Part shown: positions 1-14,232 of the stretch, one piece after another
Layout of the letters: each line of letters starts with the position of its first letter
Position numbering within the stretch: the first letter of the stretch is position 1
NCBI GenBank assembly: GCA_965649765.1
Contig: OZ287754.1
Span: 56,296,001 to 56,360,000, forward strand
Source of the DNA: Bispira polyomma
Taxonomy: Eukaryota
Reading direction: 5' to 3'
Length of the DNA stretch: 64,000 bases
Translations under genes and position numbers: made by a program
The notes under the pieces: generated by a model
The model's database searches: none
Told to the model about the DNA's origin: nothing
The model's input: only the letters and a program-made list of their open reading frames with translations

Positions 1-1531
1 ACAAAGGCACTGTCTAAAGGCCACATGAGGTCAGTCAGGAGCTTAAAGGAGATTTTCGCTAAAGATCCTCAACATTCATGAAGATAAGGATGGACTAAAT
101 AGCAGGTACCTGAATCACAGCACTTATGCTTAATTTCCATCTATTGTTTTACACAAACATTTAAGGTAATGCAGCCTAAATTTTACTGTCAATTACTGAA
201 TACTCTTTGGATATATACACCATAATATATACTTCATAGCGGAAGCAGTGTCATACCGGAAGCAGTGTCAACAGTTGACAGACAGATGACCCATTCCTAT
301 ATCTGAATAAATTAATGTTACAAAAATATTGATGTAAAGATTAACCAACTTGACCGAAAGAAAATATTCGTTTCCATTATTGAATAGCAATATTTTTCTG
401 GAAAATAACCCAAAAAACAAACCAACTAAGCTTAACTATTTAGTGTTGCTGACGAATTACCTGCTTTTACAGCTAAAAATTGTACACTGTGGAAGCTTTA
501 AATGCATGCCTAAGCCAAATACGCAAGTTAATTTAACAGTCACGAAAGTGAATTAGCCACTGCAGATGGTTATAACTCTGGTGATTAATTCTTGTTGTGA
601 TTAATTGTGCCTTCTGCTGCAGTCTCTATGGCAGGATCTGTGTAATAACATCCCATATTCTGCATTAAGTACGCTTCCCCCTGTTGACAGCTAACAAATA
701 CTTGTGTTGGATGTCAGTGATATTAAATTTGAATTTATCTGCATATACTTGAGGGTGGTATTCCGAAAAGAAACTCAACCTCAAACTCAGATTAAACTCA
801 AATGAAGGGTTTGTGGAAGTAATGTGGAAGTAATTGTATATGGAGGTAATCTGTAATTGTAACCATGTTTTTTCAGTGCACTGCTCTTTTCAGATTTTAC
901 TCACCTTTACTCTAGCCAAAAATATATGGATTTGAGCCTCAGATGAACTTGAGATCTTTCGGGAAGATGGAAACTGATTAACTTCTGAATTCTATGCATT
1001 ATGCCAGAGTATCTTGCTACAACAATAAACATGTGGCAATGAACTTGATATACATATAAATGGCCTTAGCGACGTAGCAACATAACCCATAATTAAACAT
1101 CATAGAGAATATGGCATTTTAGTGGAACAAATGACGAAGTTACAAATGTGCAGTGTCCTAAAACTTGAGACAATTCCTCTTGAATGAACCTTAATAATAA
1201 AACTTAATTAAATACAAAAATCTAAGCAAACTCATTTATAATATATATGCCTGATTCAATAATCATTTGTGAACCACCAAATTGATGATACATCTTCTAA
1301 GGCGCTGATTCTCAAAAACAGTGTTTGACAGTTAAAGTAAAAAGTGTGTTGCAATATATATTTTTTCTGTCGTATTTGAATCTATATATCGGATATAATG
1401 CAAACTACTTATGCATCAAGTCATATAACAAAGAGATGGGGTCTAAAGAAGACTCTAAACCTGGCTACCGCAGATTGAGAACTGCATGGAAATACCAAGA
1501 TCATGCAAAAGAAGATAAAACATACTGGTAT

Positions 1532-1647
1532 GAAATTTAGTTGAATTTACTCAGGTTTACGTCACATTTAGATAACGACTGTCAGATGCGATGGTGGAAG
1601 AAACCATTGCTGAAGCACTGTGAACGACCAATCTAGGGCAAGTACTG
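1532..1647 (-). mobile_element. 5'-truncated SINE 3' fragment with 8-bp TSD
   Basis: Flanked by ACTGGTAT at 1524-1531 and 1648-1655. The paralogous site near 4821 has one ACTGGTAT and no insert. Contains 'gatggtggaagaaacca', shared with the SINE copies at 17378-17597 and 18203-18429. Confidence 0.75.
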
Positions 1648-2358
1648 ACTGGTATAGAGTAATTGTAAATTATTGTGCAGCACACAAGTGTAATCTCAAC
1701 ATAAATGTATCAGTCCCACAGAGAACTGTAGCAATCTTTGATAAGTCATCTTGCAATTTGTTCACAATGTAATAGTAGGTTCATGGTAACACTGTTAATG
1801 TCTTTGATCTATCTCCCTACAACCTAACAAAAGTGTACGCATCTCAATTTTGCACCATTTTCCCAGGAATACTGAGAATTTTTTTTTAGAATTGACTATT
1901 AATGGCCTGATCCTTGGTATTTCCTTATATTATTATCTGCACTTTACTGGTGCATTTGCATGTTCTCCTGTTGCCTAGGTGTCAGGTCTGCTAAATCTGT
2001 AGGGGTCCTTGTTTAACTCCTAGTTACGTTACTGGCCATTGACAAAACAGATTCTTGAACAAGAAGATAGAATACAATGACCTTCTGATGGCAACTATTG
2101 CTATGTTGTAGTACTAGCTATTATTTTAGAACAATCACCTTAATTAGAGGATGTATTGTTAGCAAATCATCTCAAAGCCTATGTTTGCATCTAACAGACC
2201 ACCAGATAGCAAACAGTAGATCACTGACCCTGTACAGTAGATGTTACTGCTTCACTGTGTGTGGTTTTCTGGTAAATTTTGTAAAATATTTTACCTTAAA
2301 AATTTTGATTTCCTGGTTGATACCTGATTTTTTCCCCACCTAGGCCAATATATTAACC

Positions 2359-2560
2359 TGGGCTGCAGAGGTCTAGTGGTTAAAAATGCCTGCTTAACAA
2401 TCACTGGCTTCCCACCAATGTGGTTTAAATCATTTTTGTTCCTAGTCGTAGTTGTGGGTTGGTGGTTTACATTGTTTTTGTACTGGTTTCTTCCACCATT
2501 AAACCTGGCCATCATGATATGACCTAGGCTGACGAAAGCGACATAAACCCAAATAAATTC
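2359..2560 (+). mobile_element. Degraded tRNA-derived SINE
   Basis: Head 'gggctgcagaggtctagtggttaa' (A-box-like) and 3' part 'ctggtttcttccaccattaaacctggccatcatgatatgacctag', matching the reverse complement of 17378-17597. Confidence 0.7.
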
Positions 2561-5467
2561 CAATAGGTTCACCTGGCCTTCATTGTCAACTTCCTAATTT
2601 AAAGTATTAAAATATATAACACAGCAATGTATGGAAATATAACCCAGTGATAGAATCAGTCTTAGCCATCAGCTGCAAACCATCACCCATTAGCTGCACG
2701 AAAACACAGGGTTGATGTTTAAAACCCCTTTTGCACTTATTTCATTGGATTGGCCAACTTACTTCCTGTACCTCCTTCTGATGACAGAGAGTTCAAGAAA
2801 GAAAAAGGTAAGGAAATTGTGATGCCACTTTTCCAGAGCAACTTCCAGCAAAAACTACAATTTGTTAACTGTTAGTGCCTATAACATTTGTCATTGGATG
2901 CATTTAATTTACTATAAAAGGCAGTATATATGCCACCCAAAGGCTTCATTAGGTATTCTATGAACAGACATTTAGGTGGCCTGCTGAGACTCTAAAGTAA
3001 TATTTGGTATCTGTTAAAATCATATACACAATATACACAGAAAGACATTAGGCTTTGAACTTTGGACTATCTTCCTTAATCTCTCTGCCAGGCTAGGGTT
3101 ATTTTAAGACAATATAACTTGTCAAAGGAAACTACCTCTATAGCCAGGTTTAATGTCTACCACACATTAGATCTTATGAGGCAAACTTCATCATGAAAGA
3201 CAAAACAAGAGAAAAGACAGAAGAGACTTTGAAAACAGTACAAAGGGCAGATGAGGTCAGTTGACTATCATAAAGGAGATTCTCGCTAAAATCCTCGACA
3301 GTCATGAATATTAGATAAGTGACTAAAGAGTAAATGGCAGGTCCCTGGATTTCTGCACTTTATGCTTAATTTATGTCTATTGTTTCACACAAACATTCAA
3401 GTTAATACAGCCTAAATTACACTGCCAATTACTGAATATTATTTTGGATATATACCATAGTATGATGTTGTCCCGCAGAAGATCAACATTAGGTGCATTG
3501 AATTGCAAAATCAATATCTTCTCCATATGTTGAAGATGGAAAACCTCACAGCCTTTGAATAAAATCAGACCATGACATTGCACAGTTACCACCCGCCAAA
3601 ATACATCACCCCCTTTGGCAGCCACCTGCCCATCTGGATGACCCATACCAAATATATACTTCCTCTGCCTCACAGTTTCTGTAAACTAGCGTGGACACTT
3701 TTTGGCAGTCGCCCATCTGGTTGATTTAGGCGAAAATAATGCCTCACTATATAGACTCTGAACCCTACAGCAGATGTTTTATCCATTTTTGTCGCCACAG
3801 AAAAAGAAAATTAAGTGCAATTTTTCATTATTTGAAGTGTCTGTCAAATTACATCTTTTACATACTTTTAAAAACTCAATAAATATTTACTTTAAGTAGA
3901 GCAATAACCTTCTTTCAGGAATTTTTGGCCTTTTTCTTTATGGAATTTTAAATTCTGGAATGTCCACAGTGACGATCATTTTCCATACAGAACAGTCAGA
4001 AATGGCACTAAAACTGTGCATATAGTACTTGATCTTTTCTGCCATTATTTTTCACTTGACTATTCCATCTTCCTCAAGCAATGACTGCCACAAAGAAAAA
4101 GTTATAGAGGATAATGCCTTGCATTAATGTCAATAATAGATTTGAATTCTGCTGTTGTTTTGTAATTATTTTTGTTATTGTGTTATTGAGAGCAAGAACA
4201 GATATATAGCCATTCATTTTTAATAAACCTGCCTTGTTAACCCCCCCCCCCCCCCCCCACCCCCTCTTGTGATCTAATTGTCTGAATATTACGAGGGACA
4301 ACCTAGAATAACTAATGTGCTTGGCATGAAATCAGAGAGCATGTTATAAGATACATTACTGAAGTCCCAATTCATAACTACCCTTAAATTATTAAAGCCA
4401 CAATGTTAAATTGAATAATGGCGGTTGATGTAAAGGTTAACCTACTTTATAAAAAAAGAGCTAATTTTCTGTTATTAAATGGCAATATTTTTGTGGATAA
4501 TCACCAAAAAAAAAGAATAACTAAGCCAAATTATTTAGTGTTTCTGATTTTGTAAAGGGGAAAACTGCCTTTACAGCTGAAAAGTTGTACACTGGGGAAG
4601 TTTTACATGCATAATCAAGGTAGACTAGGATGTCACATTATATCATTTCCACCTATTATTTTGACTACAAATGTATGTAGTTGTTAGATTTATATTACTT
4701 ACTACTTACGGTTAAAGTCAGGTTACAGAGGGATAGTGGTCAGAGAAGACACTAAACCCGGCTACCACAGATTGAGAACAATATTGTAATATCAAGATCA
4801 TTTGAAAGAAGGTCAAACTTACTGGTATAGAGTAATTGTTATTAATTGTGCAGCACACTTGTTTATTCTTGACATAAATATTTCAGTCCCACACGAACTG
4901 TAGCAATCCATGATAAATCATCTTGCAATTTGTTCACAATATAATAGTAAATTCATAGTAACACCGTCAATATCTTTAATCCATCTTACTACAACCTTAC
5001 AAAAGTGTAAGCATCTAAATTTTTCACCATTTTCCCTGAAATATTGACAGACTTTTTTACTTTATTGGTGTATTTGCATGTTCCCCTGTTGCCTGATGTT
5101 GGTTTGGTAAATCAATGGGACCCTTGTGGAACTCCTGGTAACGTCACATTGACAAAACAGATTCTTGAAAAAAAGATGTGAGAAGACAATTACCTTCTGA
5201 TGGCAACTATTGCTGTGTTATACGACTATCCCTTCTTGGAGAACAATCACCTTAATTAGAGGATGTACTGCTATCGATCTCAAAGGCCATGTTTCCATGT
5301 AAGAGACCACCAGATAGCCAACAGTAGTTCACTGACCATGTACAGTTGATTTTACTGTTTGAGTGATTATGATTTTCCGGCGAGTTTTTTTAAATATTTT
5401 ACCTTACAAATATTGATCTCCTGGTTGTTACCTGATTTTATTCGCCACCTTGGCCAGGATGGGAACC

Positions 5468-5686
5468 CGGGCTGTGGAGGTCGAGTTGTTAGAACTGCCT
5501 GCTTAACGATCACTAGACCCTAACCAATGTGAGTTTGCATCCTGTTTCTTCCTTCAGGTGGGAAAGTTTGTCAGACACTTGCCATAGCTCAGTAGTTTAC
5601 AGTGTTACTAGTTTCTTTCACCATTTAAACTGCCTGTCATGCTATGACCTAAGTTGTATAAAATGACGTAAGCCCAACTAAATTGC
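5468..5686 (+). mobile_element. Degraded tRNA-derived SINE (duplicated counterpart of 2359-2560)
   Basis: Same position in the tandem unit. Retains 'gtgggaaagtttg' core and 'tttctttcaccatttaaactg...tatgacctaag'. Confidence 0.7.
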
Positions 5687-7949
5687 ACTTGTTCGTCATT
5701 GCCCACTACATAAAAACACTATGATGTATGAAAATATAAAACAGTGATAGAATCGTCATCAGTTATCTGCTAATAACTGTCAGCCATTGCATGCATTGAC
5801 ACACAGGGTTTATATTTTAACAACTTTCGCACTTGTTTGGTTGCATAGGCAAAGTTACTTCCTTTTACTGTTATTTTAAACCTTCTGGGTACTATAAAAA
5901 CCATTATATTTCACCCAAGGGGTTTCATCAGGTATTTATGAAAATACATTTAGTTGGCCTGATGGGACTTTTAAAGTGAAGTAGTATCTGTTAATATATA
6001 CATAGTATATGTTCAGAGAGTAGACAGTGGTTTTTGAACTTTGGACTGTGTCACTTAATCTCTCTGCTCCAGGATGGGGTAATGTTGGACAATATGACTT
6101 ATTAAAAAAAACTACAGGTTTAATGTCTAGTACACACCAGATCTTTTAAGGCAAACTTCCTTTTGAAGGATAAAAACTAGGGAAAAGACAGAGACTGTAG
6201 AAACAGTGAAAATGGTAGATGAGGTAAGTCCGGGACCTTAAAGGAGTTTGTCACTGAAGTCCTAGATAGTCATGAATATTAGATAAGGGAATAGAGAGTA
6301 AATGGCAGGTCCCTGGATGGCTGCACTTTATGCTTAATTTATGTCTATTGTTTCACACAAACATTTGAGGTAATGCAGTAGTAAGACTTTTAAATATTTT
6401 GGACACTTGATGTACAACAGTCATATTTGTTACAGATACACATTACTATTGAATGTACTTTATATTTATATGTCATACAAGAGTTATTAGACTGTATCTC
6501 TTGAACACATTATGGTCAGGTGTTTTATATGGTAAATGTATCGTCTTATCCTTCCTAACCACATTGTAGAATCATAAAGACATACCAACAACCTAAATTA
6601 CACTAAAAAAATTGGTGAATACTTTCATGGTGAATACAATACTCTGATGTTGTCCCTCGAAAGCTGACCAGGGTTAAATACAAATTGCCAAATCCAAACT
6701 TCTGAAGTAACCTTTCTGGGGATAAAAAAATAGTATCAGAGAACACCAAAACACCACAGCCTTTGGGTGAAATCAGACTGTGACATTGTACATCTGAGCC
6801 TTCTTTGTTCCAAATATGAACTTCCTCGGCCTCATGTTTCTGAGAACTACCCCAGACAACTTTAGCAGCTGCTTGCTGTGGTATAAAAACTGATTATTAT
6901 TTTTACTAGAATAATTATGACGTAAGTTGTTGATCTCTGAATCCTACAGCAGATGTTAAGGAAGGAAAAAAGTGAGAGTTTGATGGTCATTTTGACTGTA
7001 CTTATCGTGGTAAGCAGACCCAGTACAGCTGCAGACAGTAATTTAGTGGACCCAATTACAGTTTTCAGTTTCCATCCAATTGATCAAAATTAGTAATGAA
7101 ACAGCGTAGGATCCCATCTGATCCATTTACATCCTCTCCAGTTATTGTCACTCTTGTAGTGATTTTTAGAGATTTGACAGATATGGTAATTACTATACTC
7201 GCAACAAAAGTTGACAGACACTCGAGCCGTTCCTATATCTTAGTGAATCAATTTTAGTACAATTATTATTGGCTAAATATTTACCACGTTTTGTATTAAC
7301 AAAACAATACTTATTCTATACAAACATATAAAAAAGACAATGGTATATAGCAAAAAATGGAAATCGAACAGAGAGGTGTATGGGGTCTATTTAGGTGAGA
7401 GTGTTCAAGGTGATTCTACTCGGTGAGAGTCTTCTTTCTACAACATGTCATTTGTACATATGGTATTCCTAGATGTATATAAACCAATCTAAATGCACCC
7501 CAATTTTACTCTTTGCTACCTGTAAAACAGTTTAGGAAATCCTTAAGAAATAATATTGCTTTTGCTATTCTCGCAATTTGTCCATTTCACAATACTCTAT
7601 GAAAACTGTCTATTCACAGCAAACTTACTGAGGAAAATACTTTTCTAACCTATATACAATGGACAATTCAACTCACAATTCAACTCACAGGCCATGTAAA
7701 ACAACTTTTATTAATTCTAAAATTGAAATTTTTGTACTGAAAAAATTAGGGTAACTAAAAAGTAAAGTTTATTGAAACTCTTAAGATGTAATGCATGTCT
7801 TTATGTTGTAGATTGGCTATCACTGCATAAGTGACCGGCGACAAATTGTTTAACTTGAAGAGGTTATGATTGTGAAGTTGTACTCAAATAATACTTGTAT
7901 TAATTACATGTATTATAGAAAACAGTTTGCAATAATGATATTTTTCTAT

Positions 7950-7989
<40 letters not shown>

Positions 7990-7990
7990 A

Positions 7991-9507
7991 TGTCACAGGC
8001 CAAATTAAAATCCAGGTGGATTTTAAATCCGCCTAGGCGAGATTAAAATTCTAATCTCGCCTAGGTGAAATCAAAATTTTAATCTCGCCTAGGCGGATTT
8101 AAAATCTGCCTAGACCAAATTAAAATTTTGATTTCGCCTAGGCGGAATTAAAATTTCCAAGTGTGTCTAATAGAATTTTAATCTCGCCTAGGCGGATTTA
8201 AAATCTGCCTAGACCAAAATGAAATTTTGATTTCGCCTAGGCAGATTTTAAATCCGCCTAGGCGAGATTAAAATAGGGGGGAATTAAAATTTCAGATTGA
8301 GGAAAATTTTAATTATTTCATTTATGTATGCAGTAAAATTATGGATAACAGCCTTAAAATTGAACTCATTTTCTTTCTTAATAAAGCACTTTGCATTCTT
8401 GGTTTAAAACATTAATTCATACATTGAATATAATGATTGCATTAATTATTAACATCATTTCTGTATAAAACACTTTTCATTCATAGTTTAACCATTAATT
8501 CAGACACTACCAAGTTCTACCAATTCATTCTTGAGCACATATAAAAAAGCAGTGCATCAAGAAGGTCTTTGGGGATTACCACTATAGTGTTTTTGAAAAG
8601 GCATAAATGATACTTAACCCTTTCTGAGGCATGTGATTTTTCACTGCAAACATTAATTGCAATTACAGTGTTTTGCATTCTATCAGGGCAGTGAAGTAAT
8701 CAGGGAAAGTACTGAGACAAAGACAATTGCTAAACCAATTAATGACAATTAACAGTAGGTGTCATATAGGTAAGACAAATAATAGACAGACAAACAATAG
8801 ACACACTATAAATGTTATTATTTTAATTATATCAATAATCCTTATGTGTGGTATACTTCAGTGCTTTAGTAACTTTACCAATAAATACATTTCCAAACCT
8901 TTTGACATCCACGTACTACCCCTAATAAGGAAATATTACACTGATAATACACTAATAATACATATTAAGCTAGTAAAAAACATTAGATTTTAATGTAGTG
9001 TAGGGTAAACAAAACAAAAAAATTATTGGTGTGGTCAAGTTTAAATTTTACCTAGGCATACATCATTTTAATTAATGCAGTTACTATAATATTCCATGTA
9101 TGAATTATTGCTTTGAACCATGAATGGAAAGTGCTTTAAAAAGAAATAAAATAAATTCAATTTTAAGGTTGTTATCCATACTTTTACTGCATATATAAAG
9201 TTCAATGAAATAATTAAAATTTGTCTCAATCTAAAATTTAATTTCCCTTATTTAATCTTGCCCAGGCGAAATCAAAATTTCAATTTGGTCTAGGCAGATT
9301 TTAAATCCGCCTAGACGAGATTAAAATTCTATTACACAAACTTGAAAATTTTAATTTCGCCTAGGCAAAATCAAAATTTTAATTTGGTCTAGGCGGATTT
9401 TAAATCCGCCTAGGTGAGATTAAAATTTTGATTTCGCCTAGGCGAGATTAGAATTTTAATCTCGCCTAGGCGGATTTAAAATCCGCCTGGATTTGAATTT
9501 GGCCTGT

Positions 9508-9511
<4 letters not shown>
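7991..9511. mobile_element. Non-autonomous foldback DNA transposon with ~460-bp TIRs, inserted in (TA)n
   Basis: Ends TGTCACAGGCCAAATT...AATTTGGCCTGTGACA. Arms at about 7991-8450 and 9070-9511 are reverse complements built from palindromic CGCCTAGGCG / ATTAAAATT subrepeats. TA runs flank both sides. No ORF. Confidence 0.9.

Positions 9512-9566
<55 letters not shown>
9512..9566. repeat. (TA)n microsatellite (left partner 7952-7990)
   Basis: Direct reading of the sequence. Confidence 0.95.
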
Positions 9567-9569
<3 letters not shown>

Positions 9570-10009
9570 ATCAGTAAAAACAGAAAACACTACAAATAAA
9601 CTCATTTCTGCATAGTTTATTGCTTCATAGACAATTTGAGTCGGTGTTTTGCCTGGGGCCTCTCCTTATTTAGAAACAATTACTAATCCAATCTGGCCTT
9701 TGTTCCACAATTGCCTCATAAAGCATGACCTGCACGTTATACAATAGTGTTGACATCAAGAGAAATACAAGTGGGCGTAGATGTGATCTACGGTATCCCT
9801 TTTGGGACATATAGATTTTGGTTCACACCCTTTACCCTAATATTTTCATGGCATTATTAAGTCGGTATAAAGTAATAGTATCAATTTAAGCTAGAATAAA
9901 ATTTCACTAATTACCAGTTTTTGGAGAAGTTATTTTCACTAGGAAATAATTTTTGACTTTCCAATTTACCAGGTAATTTAGCTAAAAAATAATGTTTCAT
10001 GAAATGTTC

Positions 10010-10865
10010 ACAGGCATGGACTTCAAATTGAATTTAATTCCTGACAAAACTGAATTGATTCTCATTGGTAGTAAAAATTACAGTGACTACCCCATTATTA
10101 CCAATTACACAACTGGGCAATATATACAGCCCTTTAATAACATTAATAACCTTTGTGTCGCCATTGACGCCACTTTTTTATTTGATACACATATCAATAA
10201 CATTTGTCGCTTATGGTAGTATCACATTTGTGATAATAGAAGAGTCAGAAATCAATTGTAACTGGATACTGCTGTCACTGTGGCTAATTCCCTTGTTAAC
10301 AGCTATTGAGACTACTGCAATTTGGTTTTGCTCGAAGTGAAAAAGTCTTGTATAAACAATTTGCAGTCTATTCCAAAAAATCTGTGTCTAGTTATTTTTC
10401 GACTGGGGATCCGCACTGATATATCTCCATACTTCACAAACTACATTGCTTTCCCATTCATTATCGTATTTTGTTTACAATCCGTGTAACTACCTTCAAA
10501 GCTCTTATTTCTCAACAGCCATCCTACTTTGCTGCTCGCCTCTCTTTCAGTAAATGTAAAAGGGGAAAGCGACTTTCTGTATCATCTGTTTAATGTACCA
10601 ATGAGGCTACCCCCATGTTATGGATCAGTCTCCCTGTTGAGCTTCGATCACTAAACACGCTTTCTGGTTTTAGGAAAAAGCTTAAGACTCATGTCATCAA
10701 ATTCGCCTACCCCCATAGTTCCCTCCTTGTGCACCCCCACGTCCTTCCTTACGACCGTGGCTATATTTTTGGACTTCTCTATTGGTTAACTGATTCTGAT
10801 GTTGTGCTTTAGAAGATGCCTCAATTCAGTAAGGCACATTAAAAATCCATAATACAATACAATAC
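10010..10865 (+). mobile_element. 3' fragment of an L2/CR1-group LINE
   Basis: Broken frames give 'KLNLIPDKTELILIG' and 'LWISLPVELRSLNTLSGFRKKLKTHVIKFAYP' (L2 ORF2 C-terminus). A 3' UTR and an (AATAC)n tail follow at 10851-10865. Confidence 0.85.
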
Positions 10866-12642
10866 TTTTGCAGTAAATAAGTTGTGAGAGAGTGAAATAA
10901 TATCATTATATAACAGAATAAAGGATGTGAGTCATCTGTATGTCTCCAAAGGGCGCCGTAGTAGTAATCAGACAGAAGCAATAGAGTTTAGACCCATTTA
11001 AACCTTGATGGGAGAATGGGGGTTGCATAACAATTCCGATGTTCTTAAAATGGGTACAGTCACCTTTATCTTATTTTTAGTCCGTTTTTAGTCAATTAGG
11101 GGGTGTAGCTTTAGTGATAATATGATATATATATATATATATAGTTTTATCAATGTTAATGTTATATTTTCCTTGTATTTGTGGCTATCATATTTGTCTG
11201 CTATAAGATACACAGTTAGAAGTTTATTTCATAAGAGACATTAAAGAATTAATTACTATACAACTACCATGTTTTACGTTGATAAAGCTAACACACCTTG
11301 TTTACTTCTGGGATTCTCGTATCCTGTAACATGTCATAGCTGACCTAATTATTTAATTTGGACTTTCCCCAAAAGCATAACGTCTACAACCAGGTGATTA
11401 AATAAACAGGGTTTTTTTTTGGGTTGCAACACTCTTATGTGAGCGATAACTTGATGCCACCATGTTCTATGACAGGTCCAACATAAACCATTCATGGAAT
11501 ATTAACAATACAAAAAATTACAACCGATGATAATTAAAATAGCCATAATATACTTAAATAAAGCTGCGTTTACCTCCTTCTGATATGCCTTTTTAAAAGG
11601 CTATTCTTGTTACGGATGAATTATGTCTGTCAGAGTTATTTCACCCATATCCATGCCATTTGGCCTAACTTAAAAGCGTCTATGGTTAGACTGGTTTAAT
11701 AATTCATCAATATTTATCAACTTTACCTTGCCACCATATCATAATAGGACACACTGTGTTACATGAACTTGCTTTAGAAGTCTTTACTTGTTTTAGGTAA
11801 GAATAAAGTATAAATGGGTACATCGTGGGATCTCATGTAATCCCCTAGGTGTCAGAACTATAGTTTTTATACCAGTTCGATTTTACAGTCTCACTAAAAG
11901 TATAAGTTCCATTTTATTGCAGTGGAGTTTCACGCTCATAGTATCATAACGCACTCCTAAAAGGACCTTGCTTCTTTTATCTATATGTTTTTATTGTAAC
12001 TGTACTTTAAGTACGAATGTATAATAAAATAAAATAAATATCGTCCTCAAGGAAACATCTGTAAAAGTTCTGGAAAAAACATTCTGTTAAAAAATAAACG
12101 AATTTGCCTGTCATCACCCGTTGTCATAAATCTCTCATTTTGGACCTTTCATTAACTGGAGAGAGTTATATGAGGACATAAACAGATGTTTGAAAGGGGT
12201 ACATTATTATAGCTAACTGTTTGAACATTCTCATACACCGCACACTTATGAAGATTTAAAACCAATTTTGTAATGTATCTCATCTCCTGTTTGATAAAGC
12301 CTTTAAATTCAGTTATGATAGACAGTTTCATGAAATATTGTCCTGACTTATAATTAAAATTAATCTTAAACCCCCCAAAAAACTTTTTCTTAACTAATTA
12401 TTTTAGCAAAAAAAAAAATGTTTTTTTAACTAATTGTCTCAGACAGGAATTATGTCTTCCTTTGTCTACAAACTGCTGGGGTATATTCGACATTATTAAT
12501 CCTTATAAATTCAGCTGTTACGGACATTTTCACATAAAGTTTGTAATATTAACACTTTAGTGTGCTTAAGGGGTTAAGACCACTGTTGTTGTTTGTTTGT
12601 TTTTTTGTATTGATGGAAACATTGGGCTTCAAAAATGATTAC

Positions 12643-12777
12643 GAATACATTGTATGTGCATTTTTTCTTGATCTCCATCATTATGATAACAAATACATTG
12701 TATGTGCATTTTGTCTTGATCTCCATCATTATGATTACAAATACATTGTATGTGCATTTTGTCTTGATCTCCATCTT
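12643..12777. repeat. 48-bp minisatellite, about 2.8 copies
   Basis: Unit 'aaatacattgtatgtgcattttgtcttgatctccatcattatgattac' starts at 12643, 12691 and 12739. Confidence 0.95.
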
Positions 12778-13606
12778 CGGGATTTTCTGTTAATGTGATA
12801 TTGATATGCAACAGCAACGTGATAATTGATGTGTTCATCCCATTTTCACTAGGTAATTACATTTCTATTAATACCTTACTAAAGAATAGAATAGTGAAAA
12901 ACTGAAATTGAATTTGCAATTCCCTAAAACCCCTCAGTTGTCGTGTGGCTTTTAAATGGGCCTTTATCTCCGAAACTTGAGGCCAGACTAAAGCAGTGGT
13001 TTGTTTTACAGTAACATAACACATTCTAACACAACATAGCTCTGTCTGTAATTCTAATGGACAGCTTCTAATGGACAGCTTCGGTAAATTCTGTTATATA
13101 TGTTACTTGCCCTTTGTGCGACTCATGGCCATTTTGAAACATGAAATGTATTCGTCCGTATTGTTCTTGATGCCCAGAGGAAATCATCCCTCCAGTAACG
13201 CAATATCAACATATATTACTATAAACACAGTAGGATTCCGGTAAATTTGTCAATTTGTCATGTTAGAATTGTAATAACCCACTCTAAACCAGGTCTATAT
13301 GCAGAATTTTATCACTTTTGTAATTTCACCGCTCTTTAAAGTGTTAAAACACCCAGGCTTTTCCTTCGTGTAATTACTATTATAATCATTGTAAAATTCA
13401 GTGTATACCTGGTTTGGAGTGGTTTGTTCATTATTCAGTCTTATACTTTCCTTTTTATACATCTTTTTGCCTAATTATTAACAAAATATTGCTGATGTAA
13501 AAACATACTTGCTTTGTACAACCTATATTAATTAGTTGAATAGAATTTTGCCTGTTTTTATTATTAAAGCATTTATACAGTGCTCTAATGATATATCATC
13601 CCCTAA

Positions 13607-13994
13607 TGCCCAGGTCCCACCGGATTCACTCACAGGATATGTATGTTACGCATGGCCCTGTAAGATATGTGATGCAAAAGTCCACGCAAAACGATTTTTT
13701 TTTTACGTGAAAAACAATAAACCCACACACAAAAGTAAGAGTTTAGTGTGGTTTAATGTATATTTGCATGACCATTGCGAGAGGTGGTGTAGTCTAAAAT
13801 AATGATACGTAACTGTGTGTAAAACACAAATGAACCATGATACAGCGTTTGCATGTCAAAAGTTTAAAGAGTTCTAAAATTAAAATTTTTGGCTTACCAA
13901 AACATGTTATACTCAAACCATCCATGCACAACACGTCAAAGCACGCAAAACTCATTACACAAGATCTAGCGTGCTGGCCCCTGGGACCTAGGCA
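13607..13994. mobile_element. PIF/Harbinger-type MITE
   Basis: TIR TGCCCAGGTCCCA / TGGGACCTAGGCA with TAA on both sides (3-bp TWA TSD). Internal sequence is homologous to 16805-17101. Confidence 0.75.
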
Positions 13995-14099
13995 TAAGGC
14001 GCTTGTTTTCTAAAAGGGATAGTCTCACGACATAGCCAGGGTGATCATCAGTAGGCAATGGCATGTTGACATCTTGACCAATGGTGTTTTCCCACCAAT

Positions 14100-14232
14100 G
14101 AACCTAGCAGCATTAGATGGAGTCAAACCAGGGACCTTCCAATCACAGGACCAACTCCTTCCAACTGGCAGTCAAACCAGGAACCTTTTGATTACCAGAT
14201 CAACCCCCTTACCCACCAGGCCACCAGGAGAC
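14100..14232 (-). mobile_element. Degraded tRNA-like SINE head, partly duplicated
   Basis: Reverse strand reads 'ctggtggcctggtgggtaagggg...ggttcctggtttgactgcc' (A/B-box-like). 'agtcaaaccaggnacctt' occurs twice. Confidence 0.45.

Larger units (their letters stand above)
1..7260. repeat. Diverged tandem triplication, unit about 3.0-3.2 kb
   Basis: The block 'atgaggtcagt...taaaggagatt...gcacttatgcttaattt...acacaaacatt' recurs at about 25-230, 3250-3460 and 6218-6378. Other matches: 1410-3240 with 4720-6210; 320-510 with 4420-4610; 3460-3780 with 6640-6960; 270-320 with 7205-7260. Confidence 0.85.

Noticed and set aside
1440-1490. 'EDSKPGYRRLR' resembling a Mab-21/cGLR motif
   Set aside because: No other Mab-21 motifs in frame; too short to support.
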